From positions 22,639 through 86,638 of the forward strand of contig CAZEAE010000002.1 in the NCBI GenBank assembly GCA_964510095.1: 64,000 nt of DNA, in the 5' to 3' direction. The translations under genes were made by a program, and so were the position numbers. This document shows positions 1-9,190 of this stretch, one piece after another; position 1 is the stretch's first letter, and each line of letters opens with the position of its first letter. Source of the DNA: an uncultured Elusimicrobia bacterium (lineage in GTDB: Bacteria > Elusimicrobiota > Elusimicrobia > UBA1565 > UBA9628). Below the pieces are notes generated by a model. The model had not been told where the DNA came from and searched no databases. It worked only from the letters and a program-made list of their open reading frames with translations.

Positions 1-760
1 AGAACACCACGCCGTCCAGGATGATCGCCATGTTCTTGCCGACGTTGGCCGCGGTGAGGTTGCCGAAGATGACGCCGGCCTCCGGCTTGAACTTGAAGGC
101 CACGACCGGGGCGCCGTAGCTCCCGCCGGTCTCTACGCGGGCGGTCTCGAGGCCCGCGCCGGTCAGCGGGACGTTCTTGCTGACGAGGTAGAGCGAGTTC
201 TCCTTGCCGCGGACGAGCTCGTCTGCTTCCGGCACGAGCTTGGCGGCGGAGCTGGAGACGGTGACGCGCGCCGAGCCCTCTCCGACGAAGGGGTTGCCGA
301 GCTCGGCGATCTTGCTCAGGGCTTTTTGGGCGGCCTCGGAGCCGTCTACCATGCGGAACTCGAGCATGGCGGTCTTGCCGACCATCTCTTTGGCCGCGGC
401 GGAATTGGTGATGCCGGGCAGCTGGACGACGATCCAGCGCTGCCCTTGGCGCGCGATCAGGGGCTCGGCGACGCCCAGCTGGTCGACGCGGTTGCGGATG
501 ATCTCGATGGCGCGGCTGAGGGCGTCGTTGAGGTCGGCCTTAGGGTCGAGCTTCGCGACATCTAGCTCCATGAGCAGATGGGTCCCGCCCTTGAGGTCGA
601 GGCCGAGGTTGAGCAGCCACTTCGGGCGCATCCGGTAGCTTTCCAGCTTCTGTCTTTCGGCGGCGTCGAGGCTGTACCAATTGACCGAGGGGTAAAGAAG
701 GAACAAGGCGACGACGACCGCCGCCAGGACCCCCAGCCACTTGAACTGCAGCTTGCTCAT
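1..760 (-). CDS. secD: Protein translocase subunit SecD, N-terminal portion; gene continues beyond window start
   Basis: Reverse-strand translation ends ...AGVIFGNLTAANVGKNMAIILDGVVF (SecD signature). ATG at 760 overlaps the yajC stop (ATGA). Classic yajC-secD order. Confidence 0.8.
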   Translation of the reverse strand, partial: MSKLQFKWLGVLAAVVVALFLLYPSVNWYSLDAAERQKLESYRMRPKWLLNLGLDLKGGTHLLMELDVAKLDPKADLNDALSRAIEIIRNRVDQLGVAEPLIARQGQRWIVVQLPGITNSAAAKEMVGKTAMLEFRMVDGSEAAQKALSKIAELGNPFVGEGSARVTVSSSAAKLVPEADELVRGKENSLYLVSKNVPLTGAGLETARVETGGSYGAPVVAFKFKPEAGVIFGNLTAANVGKNMAIILDGVVF

Positions 761-1071
761 GCGGCCGTGCCGTTCTTAGCCGCCGGAGCGGGGGTGGTCT
801 CAGAGGCGACCACCTTGCTGACGGCGGAGCGGGCCACCAGCAGCTTGACGTTCTCGGCGAAGCGGACCTCGAGGTCCTGGTCCTTGACGCCGATGATGGT
901 GCCGTAGAGGCCGCCGGTGGTCAGGACCTTGTCGCCCTTTTTGAGGCCCTCGAGCATGGCTTCATGCTCCTTGGCCTGCTTTTGTTGGGGGCGGATGAGC
1001 AGGAAGTAGAAGATGACGAAGATGGCCGCGATGGGGACCAGGCTCATGATCGGGTTTGGCTGTGGCTGCAT
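757..1071 (-). CDS. yajC: Preprotein translocase subunit YajC
   Basis: 104-aa ORF with N-terminal TM helix and ...FYFLLIRPQQKQ... motif of YajC. GGAGG SD upstream. Followed by secD. Confidence 0.85.
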   Translation of the reverse strand: MQPQPNPIMSLVPIAAIFVIFYFLLIRPQQKQAKEHEAMLEGLKKGDKVLTTGGLYGTIIGVKDQDLEVRFAENVKLLVARSAVSKVVASETTPAPAAKNGTAA

Positions 1072-1103
1072 GTGTTTCTCCTCTCTTTAAGCGTCAGATT
1101 CTA

Positions 1104-1787
1104 TCATTTCTTAGCGTCGAGGAACAGCTTCTCGTAGAGCAGGGCGGCGCCCAGGGCGCCTGCCAGCGGGCCGGCCCAATAGACGTACCAAGCGGCCCAA
1201 TTCCCGGTGACGATGGAAGGGCCGAAGGCGCGGGCGGGATTGAGGGCGCCTCCGGTCAAAGGGCCCAGCACAAGGACGCCCGCGAAGAGGGCCAGGCCGC
1301 AAGCCAAGGGCGTCGTGCCGCGCTTGGCCCGGTTGTCGATGGCGGTGGCGTAATAGGCCGTGACAAGGAAGAATGTCATGACGGCTTCGAGCAGGGTGGC
1401 TGCTTTGAAACCGATCCCGGTCAGGCCCACGCTTCCCAAGAAGGGGGGCGAGGCGACCTCAGGATGACGATGGAGGGCGGCGATCAGGAGCTGGCCGGCT
1501 AAGGCGGCGCCCAGCAGCTGGGACACGAGGTAAAAGACGCCCTTGATGAGGTCGATGCGGCGCATCAAGAGCAGGGAGAGGGTCAAGGCGGGGTTGAAAT
1601 GTCCGCCGGATACCGTCCCGTAGGCGTAAGCCATCACGGCGTAGGCGCTGCCGTAGGCGAGAGCGGGGCCGAGGGAGCTCGCTGATCCCGGCGTCAGGCC
1701 CGCCGCGCAAGCCGCCGCGGCCGCGGCGAAGACCAAGGCGAAGGTCCCGATGAACTCAGCGAGGTAGGCTTTGAGGTGTCCGCTCAT
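1104..1787 (-). CDS. aqpZ: Aquaporin Z (MIP family water channel)
   Basis: Two NPA boxes (HFNPALT and LNPARAF). GTFxLVF N-terminus typical of AqpZ. ATG at 1787 chosen; an in-frame TTG at 1805 is the alternative. Confidence 0.85.
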   Translation of the reverse strand: MSGHLKAYLAEFIGTFALVFAAAAAACAAGLTPGSASSLGPALAYGSAYAVMAYAYGTVSGGHFNPALTLSLLLMRRIDLIKGVFYLVSQLLGAALAGQLLIAALHRHPEVASPPFLGSVGLTGIGFKAATLLEAVMTFFLVTAYYATAIDNRAKRGTTPLACGLALFAGVLVLGPLTGGALNPARAFGPSIVTGNWAAWYVYWAGPLAGALGAALLYEKLFLDAKK

Positions 1788-1814
1788 CTCCGCCGATGAT
1801 ACCAAAAAGCAAAG

Positions 1815-1877
1815 ACGGTGTCAGGCTTTCCGGTTCACATATCGCGGGAATACCGCGAGCGGAAAGCCTGACACCGT
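1815..1877. repeat. REP-like palindromic element: 19-bp inverted arms (acggtgtcaggctttccgg / ccggaaagcctgacaccgt), each matching the distal half of the inverted repeats flanking the RAYT at 19314-20254
   Basis: Near-perfect inverted repeat (18/19) with a 25-nt spacer that itself contains a small hairpin (cgcgg gaata ccgcg). Intergenic, between the peroxiredoxin stop and the aqpZ start. The GGTGTCAGGCTTTCCGG core also occurs in the RAYT flanks. Confidence 0.6.
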
Positions 1878-1887
1878 TGTTGCGCTA

Positions 1888-2475
1888 TCAGACCGGCGAG
1901 GCGAAATACTCCTTCGATTTGACGGGGTCGGCCTTCATGGTCTTCTTGCCCTTGGTCCAGTTAGCCGGGCAGACCTCGCCGCTCTTCTCGACCTGCTGGA
2001 AGGCGGAGAGCACGCGCAGGGTCTCGTCGACGCTGCGTCCCACGGGAAGGTCGTGCACGACGGAGTATGCCACCTTGCCCTTGGGGCTGATCAGGAACAG
2101 GCCGCGCAGCGCGACCCCGCCGGCCGTGAGCACGCCGTAGCTGCCCGCGATCTTCTTGGTGACGTCGGCCAGGAGGGGGTAGCTGAGCTCGCCCAGGCCG
2201 CCTTCCTTGCGGGCGGTGTTGATCCAGGCCAGGTGGCTGAACTGGCTGTCCACCGAGCAGCCGAGGATCTCGCAGTTGAGCTTCTTGAACTCATCGTGCG
2301 CGTCGCTGAAAGCGACGATCTCGGTGGGGCAGACGAACGTGAAGTCCAGCGGATAGAAGAACAGGGCCACCCACTTGCCCTTGTAGTCGGCCAGCTGGAT
2401 CTCCTTGAACTGCTTGCCGACCACGGCGGTCGTCTTGAAGTCGGGCGCGTCTTGCTGCACGAGCGTGTCGTTCAT
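1888..2475 (-). CDS. ahpC: 2-Cys peroxiredoxin (AhpC/TSA family)
   Basis: Peroxidatic Cys motif FTFVCPTEI and resolving Cys near the C-terminus (EVCPANW). 195 aa. Confidence 0.9.
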   Translation of the reverse strand: MNDTLVQQDAPDFKTTAVVGKQFKEIQLADYKGKWVALFFYPLDFTFVCPTEIVAFSDAHDEFKKLNCEILGCSVDSQFSHLAWINTARKEGGLGELSYPLLADVTKKIAGSYGVLTAGGVALRGLFLISPKGKVAYSVVHDLPVGRSVDETLRVLSAFQQVEKSGEVCPANWTKGKKTMKADPVKSKEYFASPV

Positions 2476-2486
2476 TGTTTTCTCCT

Positions 2487-2927
2487 TTATTTGGGGCGTT
2501 TAGAGCAGGCGGCGCAAAGGCCGTGGAAGTGCACGGAATGCCCTTGCGGGCGGAAGCCCGCGGGTAGAGAACAGCGCAGGGCATCGAGCTCCCGGGCGAA
2601 GACGTCCTCGATCTTGCCGCAGTCGGAACAGACGGCGTGATGATGCACGCCGGTCAGGGCGTCATAGCGGGCCTGGTTGGAGGGGGAATGCACCTCTTGC
2701 ACCAGCCCCAGCTTTCCCAGGGTCTGCAGCGTCTTGTAGACCGTCGCCAAGGAAAGGCTGGGGTAGCGCGGCTTGAGCGACTTATACAGCGTTTCGGCGC
2801 TGGGATGGTCGTGAGAGGCCGCCAAGCGCTCATAGATCGCCAGACGCTGCACGGTCAGGGGCAAGCCGGCCCCCTTGAACAGGCTGGCCACCTCCGCGCG
2901 CGCCTTAGGCTGCAAAGCCGTCTTCAT
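2487..2927 (-). CDS. Fur-family transcriptional regulator, probably the peroxide sensor PerR by context
   Basis: 146 aa. Fur-family winged-helix N-terminus, HHHxxC and CxxC metal sites ([13 protein letters not shown]...C at C-terminus). Sits between dps and the peroxiredoxin. Confidence 0.8.
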   Translation of the reverse strand: MKTALQPKARAEVASLFKGAGLPLTVQRLAIYERLAASHDHPSAETLYKSLKPRYPSLSLATVYKTLQTLGKLGLVQEVHSPSNQARYDALTGVHHHAVCSDCGKIEDVFARELDALRCSLPAGFRPQGHSVHFHGLCAACSKRPK

Positions 2928-3385
2928 CTAGAGGCGCGCAGCATCCAGGCAGTCTTCTGATGGGCGCTCTGCAGCCCGGTGAGGAAATCCGCGGTGGCGA
3001 AGTCGCTCTCCTCGCCAGCGGCCGCGATATCGGCGCCCAGCGTACGGACCAAGGCCTCATGGTCGGCTTGCAGTTCAGCGAGCATGTCCGAGGCCGACGG
3101 CGCGGCGCCGAGGCGTTCCTTGAGCCGGGCGAAGCGGAGAAGCTCGGCATTGGAGCCTAGCGCGCGGCCGCCCAGCGCGCGGGAGCGCTCGGCCACATCG
3201 TCGAGGACGAGCGCCAGCTCGGCATACTGCGTCTCGAAAAGCTTGTGCAGCTCGCTGAAGTTCGGGCCGGTGACGTTCCAATGGAAGCCGCGGGTCTTCA
3301 TCGTCAGGACATGCTCGTCAGCCAGAAGCTGGTCCAGGCGCGTCAACATCGCGGGCTTGGTCCTCTCGGCATGGGTGGTTCTCAT
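2924..3385 (-). CDS. dps: DNA starvation/stationary-phase protection protein Dps (ferritin-like)
   Basis: 153 aa. Dps ferroxidase-site context (HWNVTGPNFSELHKLFE...DDVAERSRALGG). ATGA overlap with downstream regulator. AGGAG SD upstream. Confidence 0.85.
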   Translation of the reverse strand: MRTTHAERTKPAMLTRLDQLLADEHVLTMKTRGFHWNVTGPNFSELHKLFETQYAELALVLDDVAERSRALGGRALGSNAELLRFARLKERLGAAPSASDMLAELQADHEALVRTLGADIAAAGEESDFATADFLTGLQSAHQKTAWMLRASR

Positions 3386-3396
3386 AGCGCCTCCTA

Positions 3397-3412
3397 GATA
3401 ATAATCTTTATC
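3397..3412 (-). promoter_or_regulatory. Fur/PerR-box-like palindrome GATAATAATCTTTATC just upstream of the dps start
   Basis: Inverted arms GATAA/TTATC resembling the GATAAT-repeat Fur box, in the AT-rich leader of the dps-regulator-peroxiredoxin operon. Confidence 0.3.
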
Positions 3413-3460
3413 AACAAATAAACTATAGCAGATAAAGCCGTCGCCGTCAATAGGGGGGAC

Positions 3461-3497
3461 TGCAACAAAAAGGCCCCGCTCCGGTAGGAGCGGGGCC
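3461..3497 (-). terminator. Rho-independent terminator downstream of hppA
   Basis: Minus-strand hairpin GGCCCCGCTCC-GGTA-GGAGCGGGGCC followed by a U-tract (TTTTTGTTG), 15 nt after the hppA stop. Confidence 0.55.
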
Positions 3498-3511
3498 CTT
3501 CTCGCGGCGTT

Positions 3512-5656
3512 CTAGAGGAAGAGCGGCGCCAGCACCAGCGTGATCGTGGCCAAGAGCTTGATGAGCACATGCAAAGACGGCCCTGCCGTGTCCTTGAAGG
3601 GGTCGCCCACGGTGTCGCCGACGACGGCCGCCTTGTGCGGGTCGGAGCGCTTGCCGCCGTGCGCGCCCGTCTCGATGTACTTCTTCGCGTTGTCCCAGGC
3701 GCCGCCCGAGTTGTTGAAGAACAGCGCCATCAGGATGCCGGCGATGGTGCCGACCATCAGGAGGCCGGCGACGACCTCGGCGGCGATCGTAGGGTCCTCC
3801 GGCGTGATGAAGCTGCGGAAGACCAGGCCGGTGACGATGGGGCCGCCGACGGCGAGTATGCCCGGCAGGACCATGGCCTTGAGCGCGCCCACGGTGACGA
3901 TGTCGACGCACTGGCCGTAGTCGGGGTCCTCGGTGCCCTTCATGATGCCGGGCTTCTCCTTGAATTGACGGCGGACCTCGTTGATGACCGCGTAGGCGGC
4001 CGTGCCGACGGCGCGGATCGCCAAGGAGGAGAACAGGAACACCATCATGGCGCCGATCAGGCCGCCGACGAACACCTCGGGCTTGGCGAGGTTGACGGCC
4101 ATATGGACGCCGGTGTAGTTGTAGATCTCGTCAAGGTAGGCGGAGAACAACAGGAACGCGGCCAAGGCGGCCGAGCCGATGGCGTACCCCTTGGTCAGCG
4201 CCTTGGTGGTATTGCCGACGGCGTCCAGGCGGTCGGTCTTCTTGCGGATCTCCTCGGGCTGGCGGGACATCTCGACGATGCCGCCGGCGTTGTCGGTGAT
4301 CGGGCCGAAGGTGTCCATCGCCAGGATGTAGGCGGCGGTGCCGAGCATGCCCATCGTGGCCACTGCGGTGCCGAAGAGCCCGCCGACGCCGGGCAAGGCC
4401 AGGAGGCCGAGCTTGTAGGAGGCGAGGATGGCCACCGAGATGACGATGACCGGGATGGCCGTGCACTCCAAGCCGACGGCGATGCCGGCGATGATGTTGG
4501 TGGCGGGGCCCGTCTCGGAGGCCTGGGCGATCATCTGCACCGGGCGGTACTTGTACTCCGTGTAGTACTGGGTGATGTACACGAAGGCCTGAGCGGTCAG
4601 GATGCCGATGACGCCGCAGGCGGTGTAATACATCCAAGCGTCGGGGGCCCGCTCGGAGGACAGCATCACGTAGGCGGCGCCGGCAAATCCGATGGCGGCC
4701 AGCACCGAGGTGAGATAATAGCCGCGGTTGAGCGCGTCCATCGGGTCGGCGTCTTCCTCCGTCTTGACGATCATGATGCCGAAGATGGAGGCCAGGATGC
4801 CCAGCGCGCGCGCGACCAGCGGGAACACGACGCCTTTCCAGCCGAAGTACGGGATCAGGCCGACCCCCAGGATCATCGCGCCGATGTTCTCGGCGGCGGT
4901 GGACTCGAAGAGGTCGGCGCCGCGGCCGGCGCAGTCTCCCACGTTGTCTCCCACCAGGTCGGCGATGACGGCGGGGTTGCGGGGGTCGTCCTCGGGGATG
5001 CCGGCCTCGACCTTGCCGACGAGGTCGGCGCCGACGTCGGCGGCCTTCGTGTAGATGCCGCCGCCGAGCTGGGCGAAGAGGGCGACGAAGCTGGCGCCGA
5101 AGCCGTAACCGACGATCATGAAGGGGATCTTGGCGTAGTCATAGCCCATGAACTTGAGGACGCTGAAGAGGCCCCCGACGCCGAGCAAGGAGAGGGCCGT
5201 GACGAACAGGCCGGAGACGGCGCCTCCGCGCAGCGCGATGCGCAGGGCGTCGTTGAGGGAGGTCCGGGCGGCCGAGGCCGTGCGGATGTTGGTCCTGATA
5301 GAGACCCACATGCCGATATAGCCGGCGATGACGGAGCAGGCCGCTCCCATGACGAAGGAGATCGTAGTGAAGATGGCCAACTGCATCGGCGCCGCGGGAT
5401 CGTGCTCGTTATGATGGCGGACGAAGGCATAAAGGACGAAGATGATCACCGACAAGACGCTGGCGAAGGTGATGATCGTATTGTTCTGGCGCTTGAGGAA
5501 GGCCTCGGCGCCGGCCTTGATGGCGTCGGAGATCTTGCGCATCTCGGGGGTGCCGGTGTCCTTGGCCAGGACCCACTGGATCAGCCAGTAGGCGACGGCG
5601 AGGGCGATGACGCAGATCGTGAAAACGAGGCCGAGGGCGGGTTTCATCGAGTCCAT
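3512..5656 (-). CDS. hppA: Membrane-bound H+(or Na+)-translocating pyrophosphatase
   Basis: 714 aa, about 16 TM segments. Signature motifs GGIYTKAADVGADLVGKVE and DNVGDCAGRGADLFES of V-PPases. Confidence 0.95.
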   Translation of the reverse strand: MDSMKPALGLVFTICVIALAVAYWLIQWVLAKDTGTPEMRKISDAIKAGAEAFLKRQNNTIITFASVLSVIIFVLYAFVRHHNEHDPAAPMQLAIFTTISFVMGAACSVIAGYIGMWVSIRTNIRTASAARTSLNDALRIALRGGAVSGLFVTALSLLGVGGLFSVLKFMGYDYAKIPFMIVGYGFGASFVALFAQLGGGIYTKAADVGADLVGKVEAGIPEDDPRNPAVIADLVGDNVGDCAGRGADLFESTAAENIGAMILGVGLIPYFGWKGVVFPLVARALGILASIFGIMIVKTEEDADPMDALNRGYYLTSVLAAIGFAGAAYVMLSSERAPDAWMYYTACGVIGILTAQAFVYITQYYTEYKYRPVQMIAQASETGPATNIIAGIAVGLECTAIPVIVISVAILASYKLGLLALPGVGGLFGTAVATMGMLGTAAYILAMDTFGPITDNAGGIVEMSRQPEEIRKKTDRLDAVGNTTKALTKGYAIGSAALAAFLLFSAYLDEIYNYTGVHMAVNLAKPEVFVGGLIGAMMVFLFSSLAIRAVGTAAYAVINEVRRQFKEKPGIMKGTEDPDYGQCVDIVTVGALKAMVLPGILAVGGPIVTGLVFRSFITPEDPTIAAEVVAGLLMVGTIAGILMALFFNNSGGAWDNAKKYIETGAHGGKRSDPHKAAVVGDTVGDPFKDTAGPSLHVLIKLLATITLVLAPLFL

Positions 5657-5756
5657 GAGGGGGTGTCTCCGAGTGCTATTTAGTAGCGTTCTGTGTCTTT
5701 AGGACGGACATTCAATCAAATTCTGTCCATGAAATCAAGAAAGGCCCGGCGGCGCC

Positions 5757-6254
5757 TCAATAAACCGAGTCCCATTCCCGGCGGATGAGCGAGAATTCCA
5801 CGCGGCGGTTCTTCTCACGACCCTCCTCGGTATCGTTGGAAGCCACCGGTTGCGAAGCGCCGTAGCCCTTGAAGCGGATCGAGGGCGGCGGGACGCCTTT
5901 CTTGACCAGGTAGCCCTTGACGGCCTTGGCGCGGCGCTCCGAGAGCTGCTGGTTGTAATCCGCTCCGCCTTCGCTCGAGGTGTGGGCCGTGATGCGGATC
6001 TTCAGGCTCTGGTGGCTCAGCAGGAACTCGGCGATGAGGTCGAGCGCCGGATAGCCGTCGGCGCGCAGCTGGGCGGAGTCGAAGTCGAAGCCGATCTTGG
6101 GCAGCTGGCCCGTATCGATGCGTTTCTGGATGGCGGAGAGCTCCACGCTGGCGCGGATCTCCTTGTGCCGGGCCGCCGCGGCGCCTGGCGCGTCGTCTTG
6201 GGCCGCTAGCGAAGCGGCCAAGAGCATGCAAACGATCGACAATCCTTTCCTCAT
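5757..6254 (-). CDS. OmpA-family protein (signal peptide + OmpA-like peptidoglycan-binding domain)
   Basis: N-terminal signal peptide. C-terminal OmpA_C-like motifs (TSSEGGADYNQQLSERRAKAV...RRVEF). Confidence 0.8.
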   Translation of the reverse strand: MRKGLSIVCMLLAASLAAQDDAPGAAAARHKEIRASVELSAIQKRIDTGQLPKIGFDFDSAQLRADGYPALDLIAEFLLSHQSLKIRITAHTSSEGGADYNQQLSERRAKAVKGYLVKKGVPPPSIRFKGYGASQPVASNDTEEGREKNRRVEFSLIRREWDSVY

Positions 6255-6260
6255 AAGTGT

Positions 6261-8039
6261 CTACCTCTCATATCCGAGTTCGCGCAGCCGGACGCGGATG
6301 GCCTCGACTAAGGGCCGGTCGGCCGGCCGGGTCAGCAGGCTCCCGTACCATTCAAGGTTCATGGCGTAAGCTTTCAAGACATAGATGTCCTGCGTTCGGG
6401 CCTGGACATCCGCGCGCGACAGCCCCGCGCTGGCGGCAAGCAAACCGCGCCCCCCGGCCTCGAGCGCGGCATGAGGGGCCTTCTTGGCTCCGCCCAGGGC
6501 GACCCAAACCCCTTTAGGCGCGGCGTCGGGGAAGCGGTCGCGTATCTCGTCGCGCAGCACGGCCTCGATCAGGATGGCGCGCCCCGGGTTGAGAGACTCC
6601 CATCGGTCCCATTCCTTGGAGAAGCCTCCGGTGCCGAAGGGGACGTGGAGCTCCGGGTGGCGCTCCCGCAGCGCGCGCAGGTAGGGCAGGAAGGTGAAAT
6701 GGGAGGGATAAAGGAGGACGCGGCTTCCGACGAGCTCCGGACGCCGTATCTGAAGGTACGTCATCGCGAAGATGGAGTCGTCGGAGGCTAGGACGAGGAG
6801 GTCTCCGTCGCGCGAGCCGCGGAGCAGGTCGATGCCGTAGTCGTAGAGCGGCTGCCGTTTGGACAGGTCGACGGGGCGCAGCAAGAGAGGGATGAAGACG
6901 GCGGCGGCGATCAGCCCGAAGGCCAGCGGCTTGCGCACCCTGCCCAGCAGCTCATCGAGAGCGGGGCCGCAGAGCGCGAAGAGCGCCAGCTCCGGGAGCA
7001 CATGATACTTGACCACCAGGGCCTGCGCGTAATCCAGGCTGCAGACGATCATCTGCTGGCTGGCGGCGATGATGAAGAGGACGGCCGTGCCGCCTAGCCA
7101 GGCCAGCCAAAGCCCGAGCAGGGGCCTAGGACCTTTCCTCCAGAGCGTCCAAGCTCCCGCCGCGGCCAAGGCCAGCCCCGGCAAGGAAAGGTCGCGCCAG
7201 AGGGAGCCAAGGAACCAAGAAGCCTGCATCTGCAGACGCGTGAAGTCGAAGCCCGCGGCGCCGAGGAAGCCGGTGCCTGCGACCATCCTGTTGTACCCGC
7301 CATAATGGGTCCTTAGGAAGAGCCCCGGCAGATCACGCCAATCGGTGATCGCATAGGGGTTGAACAAGGGCGGCGCGCCGTAGGAGAGCCTGAGGCCCAG
7401 GATCAAATAGGGGATGGCGATGGCCGCCAGGAGGGCGCCGAGGAACCATGTCCATTGACGCCCTTTCGGCCAGGCCTTCTTCAGCCAGACCCAGAGGCCG
7501 ACGGCCGGCAAGATGAAGACGTAGGTCGGATGATGGCCCAGCCCCAGGCCGAGGCAGGCGGCCAGGGCCAGCAGCGCCTTCTGCGACCTGTCCTCGCTCC
7601 AGACGATGGCGGCGTGGACGCTCAGCAGCGCCAGCAGGTCGTTGAGGGCCCGGACCTCGGCGACCTCGGCGTAGATCCAGTACAGCTCTGAAAATGACAT
7701 GAGCGCTGTCGCGGCCAGCGCGGAGAGGGGCCGGCAGCCGGTGCGGCGCAGGATCAGGTAGAAGACCCCGGCGGCGGCGGCGTGGCAGAGCCCGGAGAGG
7801 CCGTTGACGGCGGCTTCGGGCGGGCCCGGCAGCAAGGTCATCAGATACCCTAGTGCTACTGAAAGAGGGAAGCCCGGAGGATGCGGCACGCCCCAGGTCA
7901 AGGCGGCAAGGACGTGCTCGGCGCTGTCGCCGGGGCCGAAGGTGCGGCAGCGGAAGTACCAGTAGACGGCGGCCAAGACCAGCGAGAGGGCGGCGGCGGC
8001 TCGCCCGTCCGAATGAGCGAAGGGCTCAGCCTTCTTCAT
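6261..8039 (-). CDS. Polytopic membrane protein, GT-C-fold glycosyltransferase-like (DUF2723/PMT-like)
   Basis: 592 aa. About 11 N-terminal TM helices with an early extracytoplasmic acidic loop, plus a soluble C-terminal domain. Family assignment recalled from architecture, not verified. Confidence 0.5.
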   Translation of the reverse strand: MKKAEPFAHSDGRAAAALSLVLAAVYWYFRCRTFGPGDSAEHVLAALTWGVPHPPGFPLSVALGYLMTLLPGPPEAAVNGLSGLCHAAAAGVFYLILRRTGCRPLSALAATALMSFSELYWIYAEVAEVRALNDLLALLSVHAAIVWSEDRSQKALLALAACLGLGLGHHPTYVFILPAVGLWVWLKKAWPKGRQWTWFLGALLAAIAIPYLILGLRLSYGAPPLFNPYAITDWRDLPGLFLRTHYGGYNRMVAGTGFLGAAGFDFTRLQMQASWFLGSLWRDLSLPGLALAAAGAWTLWRKGPRPLLGLWLAWLGGTAVLFIIAASQQMIVCSLDYAQALVVKYHVLPELALFALCGPALDELLGRVRKPLAFGLIAAAVFIPLLLRPVDLSKRQPLYDYGIDLLRGSRDGDLLVLASDDSIFAMTYLQIRRPELVGSRVLLYPSHFTFLPYLRALRERHPELHVPFGTGGFSKEWDRWESLNPGRAILIEAVLRDEIRDRFPDAAPKGVWVALGGAKKAPHAALEAGGRGLLAASAGLSRADVQARTQDIYVLKAYAMNLEWYGSLLTRPADRPLVEAIRVRLRELGYER

Positions 8040-9163
8040 TGTCCGGCGTTATAGACCTCGAAGAAGGCCTTGCGCCGCTCCGCGAAGTTCCCTTCCGCCA
8101 GAGCGGTGCGCATGATGGCCATGATCTCGTCCATGAAGTGCAGGTTGTGGTAGGAAAGCAGCTGGTATATGACGAGCTCGCGCGCCCGGTACAGATGGCT
8201 CAGGTAGGCGCGGGTGTAGCGCTTGCAGACGAAGCAGGCGCAGTCGGCGTCGAGCGGCTCGAACTTGCGGCGCTGAGGGGCGTTCTGGATGTTGAATTTG
8301 CCGCGCCGGGTCATGATCTGCCCGTTGCGCGCGACCCGGGTAGGCCAGACGCAGTCCATCATGTCGACGCCGAGGCTCACGGCCTGCCAGACATCGTCGG
8401 GCGTGCCGACGCCCATGAGGTAGCGGGGTTTATCGGCCGGCATGTGCGAGATCGCCCCGTCCAAGGTGGACCAGGTGAGGTCCTTGGGCTCGCCGATGGA
8501 GAACCCGCCGATGGAGACGCCGTCCCAGGGGACTTTTTCCTGGAGATGCTCGACGGCGCGCTTGCGGAGGTCGGGGAAGAAGCCGCCCTGGAGGATGGGG
8601 AAGAAGAGCGGCTTGTGCCCGGCGTCCTTGGCGCGGTTCAAGGCGGTGACGGAGCGGTCGGTCCAGGTCATGGTGCGGTTCAAGGCCTGCTCGGCCTGGG
8701 CTTCGGTGGAGGGGTAAGGGGGGCATTCGTCGAGAGTGGTCCAGCAGTCGCTGCCGAGGTCGGATTGGATCTCGATGACCTTCTCGGCGGTGAGGCGGTG
8801 CTCGCTGCCGTCGATGTGGGAGCGGAAGGTGACGCCTTCATCGTCGACTTTCCGGAGGTCGGACATGCTCAGCACCTGAAAGCCGCCGGAGTCGGTCAGG
8901 ATCATGCCCTTGTAGTCCATGAACTTATGGAGGCCGCCGGCGGCCTTGATGAGGTCGGTGCCGGGGCGGAGGTACAGGTGATAGGAGTTGGAGAGGATGG
9001 CCTTGGTGCCGAGGCGTTCCAAGTCCTCTTGAGAGATGGCTTTGACCGAGGCTTGGGTGGCCACGGGCATGAAGACGGGGGTCTCGACGTCGCCGTGGCC
9101 GGTGGAAAGGACGCCGCTGCGGGCTTTGCCGTCTTTGTCTTTGGCCAGTACCTTGAAGCTCAT
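8036..9163 (-). CDS. tgt: Queuine tRNA-ribosyltransferase (tRNA-guanine transglycosylase)
   Basis: 375 aa. Conserved Tgt motifs (LTDSGGFQV, zinc site CxCxxC...H: CACFVCKRYTRAYLSHL). Confidence 0.95.
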   Translation of the reverse strand: MSFKVLAKDKDGKARSGVLSTGHGDVETPVFMPVATQASVKAISQEDLERLGTKAILSNSYHLYLRPGTDLIKAAGGLHKFMDYKGMILTDSGGFQVLSMSDLRKVDDEGVTFRSHIDGSEHRLTAEKVIEIQSDLGSDCWTTLDECPPYPSTEAQAEQALNRTMTWTDRSVTALNRAKDAGHKPLFFPILQGGFFPDLRKRAVEHLQEKVPWDGVSIGGFSIGEPKDLTWSTLDGAISHMPADKPRYLMGVGTPDDVWQAVSLGVDMMDCVWPTRVARNGQIMTRRGKFNIQNAPQRRKFEPLDADCACFVCKRYTRAYLSHLYRARELVIYQLLSYHNLHFMDEIMAIMRTALAEGNFAERRKAFFEVYNAGQ

Positions 9164-9190
9164 GGAGTGAGGGAAGGCTAGTCTAGCAAA

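Noticed and set aside
3569-5683. 704-aa plus-strand ORF antisense to the pyrophosphatase gene
   Set aside because: Translation is low-complexity Gly/Asp/Arg/Ala-rich with no motifs. It is completely shadowed by a well-supported hppA on the other strand, typical of a high-GC antisense ORF.
5657-5756. Possible terminator/regulatory hairpin between the OmpA-like gene and hppA
   Set aside because: Only short imperfect stems (AGGC/GCCT) with a weak U-tract. Not convincing enough to call.
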